Part shown: in pieces, positions 41,522 to 43,750 of the stretch
Layout: each line of letters starts with the position of its first letter
Position numbering within the stretch: position 1 is the first letter of the stretch
DNA from: a virus
Strand: one strand, 5' to 3'
Virus record (IMG/VR): IMGVR_UViG_3300033143_003067
DNA length: 43,750 bases
Notes under the pieces: generated by a model
What the model saw: the letters and a program-made list of their open reading frames with translations, nothing else
What the model was told of the DNA's origin: nothing
Databases searched by the model: none
Made by a program: the position numbers and the translations under genes

Positions 41522-41914
41522 ATGACTTTATCACTTAAATTTCCTACAACAGAAGCATTAGCTTCTATGTCTTTAAAACAACTTCGTGAGATTGATATTA
41601 CAAGCGTAGATGAAGAAAAAATAGTTCAGAAAGAGATAAATGTAAGATTAGCATCTATGCCTCTTGAAAATCCTACTAAACCAGAAAGTTTAAAAGTTCC
41701 CGATATTAAAACTCCAGAAGAGGAAGCAAAATGGCAGAAAAAGCTTGATGAAGAAAATGCTAAGAGGCGAAAAAATGTTCTTCAAAGCACTGAAGAAAAG
41801 ATAAAAGAAGAGATTAAAGAGATTGATAAAGTATCTTGCGAGATTTGTAAAAAAGAATTCAAGAACGAAGTTGGATTAAGGCTTCATTTAGGAAAATTTC
41901 ATCCAAAAAAATAA
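41522..41914 (+). CDS. Lys/Glu-rich protein with a C-terminal classical C2H2 zinc finger
   Basis: CEICKKEFKNEVGLRLHLGKFH equals C-x2-C-x3-F-x5-L-x2-H-x4-H. Confidence 0.65.
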   Translation: MTLSLKFPTTEALASMSLKQLREIDITSVDEEKIVQKEINVRLASMPLENPTKPESLKVPDIKTPEEEAKWQKKLDEENAKRRKNVLQSTEEKIKEEIKEIDKVSCEICKKEFKNEVGLRLHLGKFHPKK

Positions 41915-41958
41915 TACACAAGAACAAATAAAAGAATTTTTAGTTTCCAAATAAATGG

Positions 41959-43404
41959 TTGCCATCATTTTTTATGGAAATTCGTCCTCGCTTAAAAATT
42001 ACATACGGCAGGGAAAATATGCCTATACAGATACCTCTTACGGATTTATTAGTTAATAATCCAAGAACATTTCTTACTGCTGATTCCACGCCAAATTCAT
42101 TAAATTTAATAATAAAAAGCACTGTTGGCTTTAATTTTAATGATATTATTCTTGTAGGAGAACCGGGAAATGAAGGTTCAGAAATTGTGTCAGCTGTATC
42201 TGGAACTACTCCATTTACATTAATGACATTATCCACTCCTATTAATTTCCCTCATAGTGCTAATGCCTCTATACGAGTTATTGATTATGATAAAGTTCAG
42301 ATTCTTTCAGCTCCAACTTTAATTGCTACTAAAGAAGCTATAACTACTCCTTTATTAGTTGGGGATAATTTAGAAACCGTATCTACATTAACTACACCTT
42401 CAACAGGTTTTTATTTTGCTAGATTCTTTAATAGTGTAACTCAAAGTTTCTCTGATTATTCAGATGGAGTTCCAGTAGCAGGATATACGCAATTTATGGC
42501 TCGGTCTATTATAGATAATGCTTTGGGGATGATAAATAAAAAGACATCAGAAACTTTACCTGATGAATATGCCTTTAGTGAAATTAGTAATTGTCAAATA
42601 GAAGTTATCCGAGAGTTTAAAAGATGGAGTTTCTTACAAGAGTTTGATGCTAACTTAGGAGCTTTAACAGTTGGAAATTGGAGAGTGGCTTTGCCTTCTG
42701 ATTGCGATGATCAGAATAGCAATAGATCAATCTATAATTTCCGTATAGCAGCAGAGAGGAATATAATTTGGGTAGATAAAGAGAAATGGAATGCTATTAC
42801 CCAAAATGTAATTCATAGCACTACATCATCACCTATTGCTGTCGGAAACCTTAAAATATATGTAACTGATCCTTCTGATTTTGCTGATGATGGTAGTGTT
42901 AAAATAAGAGGAAACTCTTATGATTATACTGCTAATGATAGAACTAATGGGATTTTAACTATTACAGCTGCTACTACTACTGCTTTAAATGGAGATGATA
43001 TATTTCAAGGAGGTTCAAGTGGAAATCCTACTTATTGGACTACTTTTGGAGGCTATTTATATTTCTATCCTTATTTAAGTTCAAATTATGACCAACGAGA
43101 TGGACATCTTGACTATTATAAGAAGATGACAGAGATAGTATCTGATACTACTGAAATTGTTTTACCAGATCCTACTGTTGTTCAATATTATTTAGCTTGG
43201 AAGTTTTTATTGCGACAAAAAAATGGAGAAGAAGATAATGCTTCTCGTTCAATGTATAACAGATATGTTGAGAGAAGAGAAAGGTTGAAAAGTAAAGAGA
43301 CAATGAATAGAACAGCTAAATTTAAACCCCTGCTTAATAGATTGAATCAAGAGTATGAAGATACAGAGGGACGAAAAATCAGAACGCAGGGATTTCTTCC
43401 CTGA
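41959..43404 (+). CDS. Virion structural protein. ATG starts are possible at 41974 or 42019.
   Basis: Track ORF beginning at a TTG. In-frame ATGs lie at 41974 (MEIRPR) and 42019 (MPIQIP). Confidence 0.75.
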   Translation: MPSFFMEIRPRLKITYGRENMPIQIPLTDLLVNNPRTFLTADSTPNSLNLIIKSTVGFNFNDIILVGEPGNEGSEIVSAVSGTTPFTLMTLSTPINFPHSANASIRVIDYDKVQILSAPTLIATKEAITTPLLVGDNLETVSTLTTPSTGFYFARFFNSVTQSFSDYSDGVPVAGYTQFMARSIIDNALGMINKKTSETLPDEYAFSEISNCQIEVIREFKRWSFLQEFDANLGALTVGNWRVALPSDCDDQNSNRSIYNFRIAAERNIIWVDKEKWNAITQNVIHSTTSSPIAVGNLKIYVTDPSDFADDGSVKIRGNSYDYTANDRTNGILTITAATTTALNGDDIFQGGSSGNPTYWTTFGGYLYFYPYLSSNYDQRDGHLDYYKKMTEIVSDTTEIVLPDPTVVQYYLAWKFLLRQKNGEEDNASRSMYNRYVERRERLKSKETMNRTAKFKPLLNRLNQEYEDTEGRKIRTQGFLP

Positions 43405-43750
43405 TGCCTGTTAATCCTTTAAAAATACGAGATTTCAGCAGAGGAGTTATAAGAAAATCATCTGTAAGTAATGATTTAGTTCCTTTAAATAGTGTAGCTC
43501 ATAGCATAAATGTTAATTATGATGAGATTATAGGGGCAGCAAAAGTAAGAAAGGGAACTACTCTGTTAGGAGCAGTAGTATCAGCTGGTTCAACTCCTCT
43601 TGGTTTAACTGAATTCGTAGGAGCAAACGACTCTCCTAATACTTTAATATCCATATTTACAGGAGCGCTTAATGCTACGATATATTTCTACGATACTGCT
43701 ATATCTGATTGGGGAACTTCTACGGTAACTAATCTTGATAATAACGCTAA
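43404..43750 (+). CDS. 5' part of the junction-spanning virion protein gene (continues at nt 2 after circularisation)
   Basis: ATG 43404-43406 overlaps the upstream TGA (ATGA). The frame is open to the end of the window and in phase with 2..1249. Confidence 0.8.
   Translation, partial: MPVNPLKIRDFSRGVIRKSSVSNDLVPLNSVAHSINVNYDEIIGAAKVRKGTTLLGAVVSAGSTPLGLTEFVGANDSPNTLISIFTGALNATIYFYDTAISDWGTSTVTNLDNNA
43637..43750. repeat. Terminal direct repeat, copy 2
   Basis: Identical to nt 1-114. Confidence 0.95.

Overview
This window is a complete, circularly closing genome of an AT-rich tailed phage, roughly 30% GC by eye. Nt 1-114 are identical to nt 43637-43750, so the unique length is 43,636 bp, and one gene (43404 -> 1249) reads through the junction. 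Two divergent transcription blocks leave a ~0.9-kb non-coding control region (28922-29813). The late/morphogenesis block is on the + strand (29814 -> junction -> ~16750). In order it holds a zinc-ribbon protein, terS, terL, groES, groEL, portal, scaffold, capsid, about a dozen virion proteins, a LysM protein, a 1368-aa beta-helix tail fibre, small membrane proteins, a papain-like (C1) endolysin with a PG-binding domain, and a holin-like protein. The early block is on the - strand (28921 -> 17117). It holds a DnaD-like replisome organiser, a Cas4/RecB-like PD-(D/E)xK nuclease and about 40 small genes, many of them zinc ribbons. The two blocks converge on a bidirectional terminator at 16953-16983. 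I recognise no DNA polymerase, integrase, tape measure, standard tRNA or CRISPR array. The genome carries four HNH endonuclease genes plus one Vsr/DUF559-like endonuclease gene. Almost no gene has a Shine-Dalgarno sequence. Five items deserve follow-up first. (1) A tRNA-shaped ~220-nt RNA in the control region has a 135-nt insert containing a three-way junction with two GAAA hairpins. (2) An early-operon cluster of three hexanucleotide-repeat glycine-dipeptide microgenes has an unresolved reading frame. (3) A leader element with fully covarying, interleaved helices is duplicated in front of two diverged HNH genes. (4) groES and groEL are embedded between terL and the portal gene. (5) The endolysin is a papain-family peptidase. 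Function calls rest on motifs I could read directly. No database search was run.
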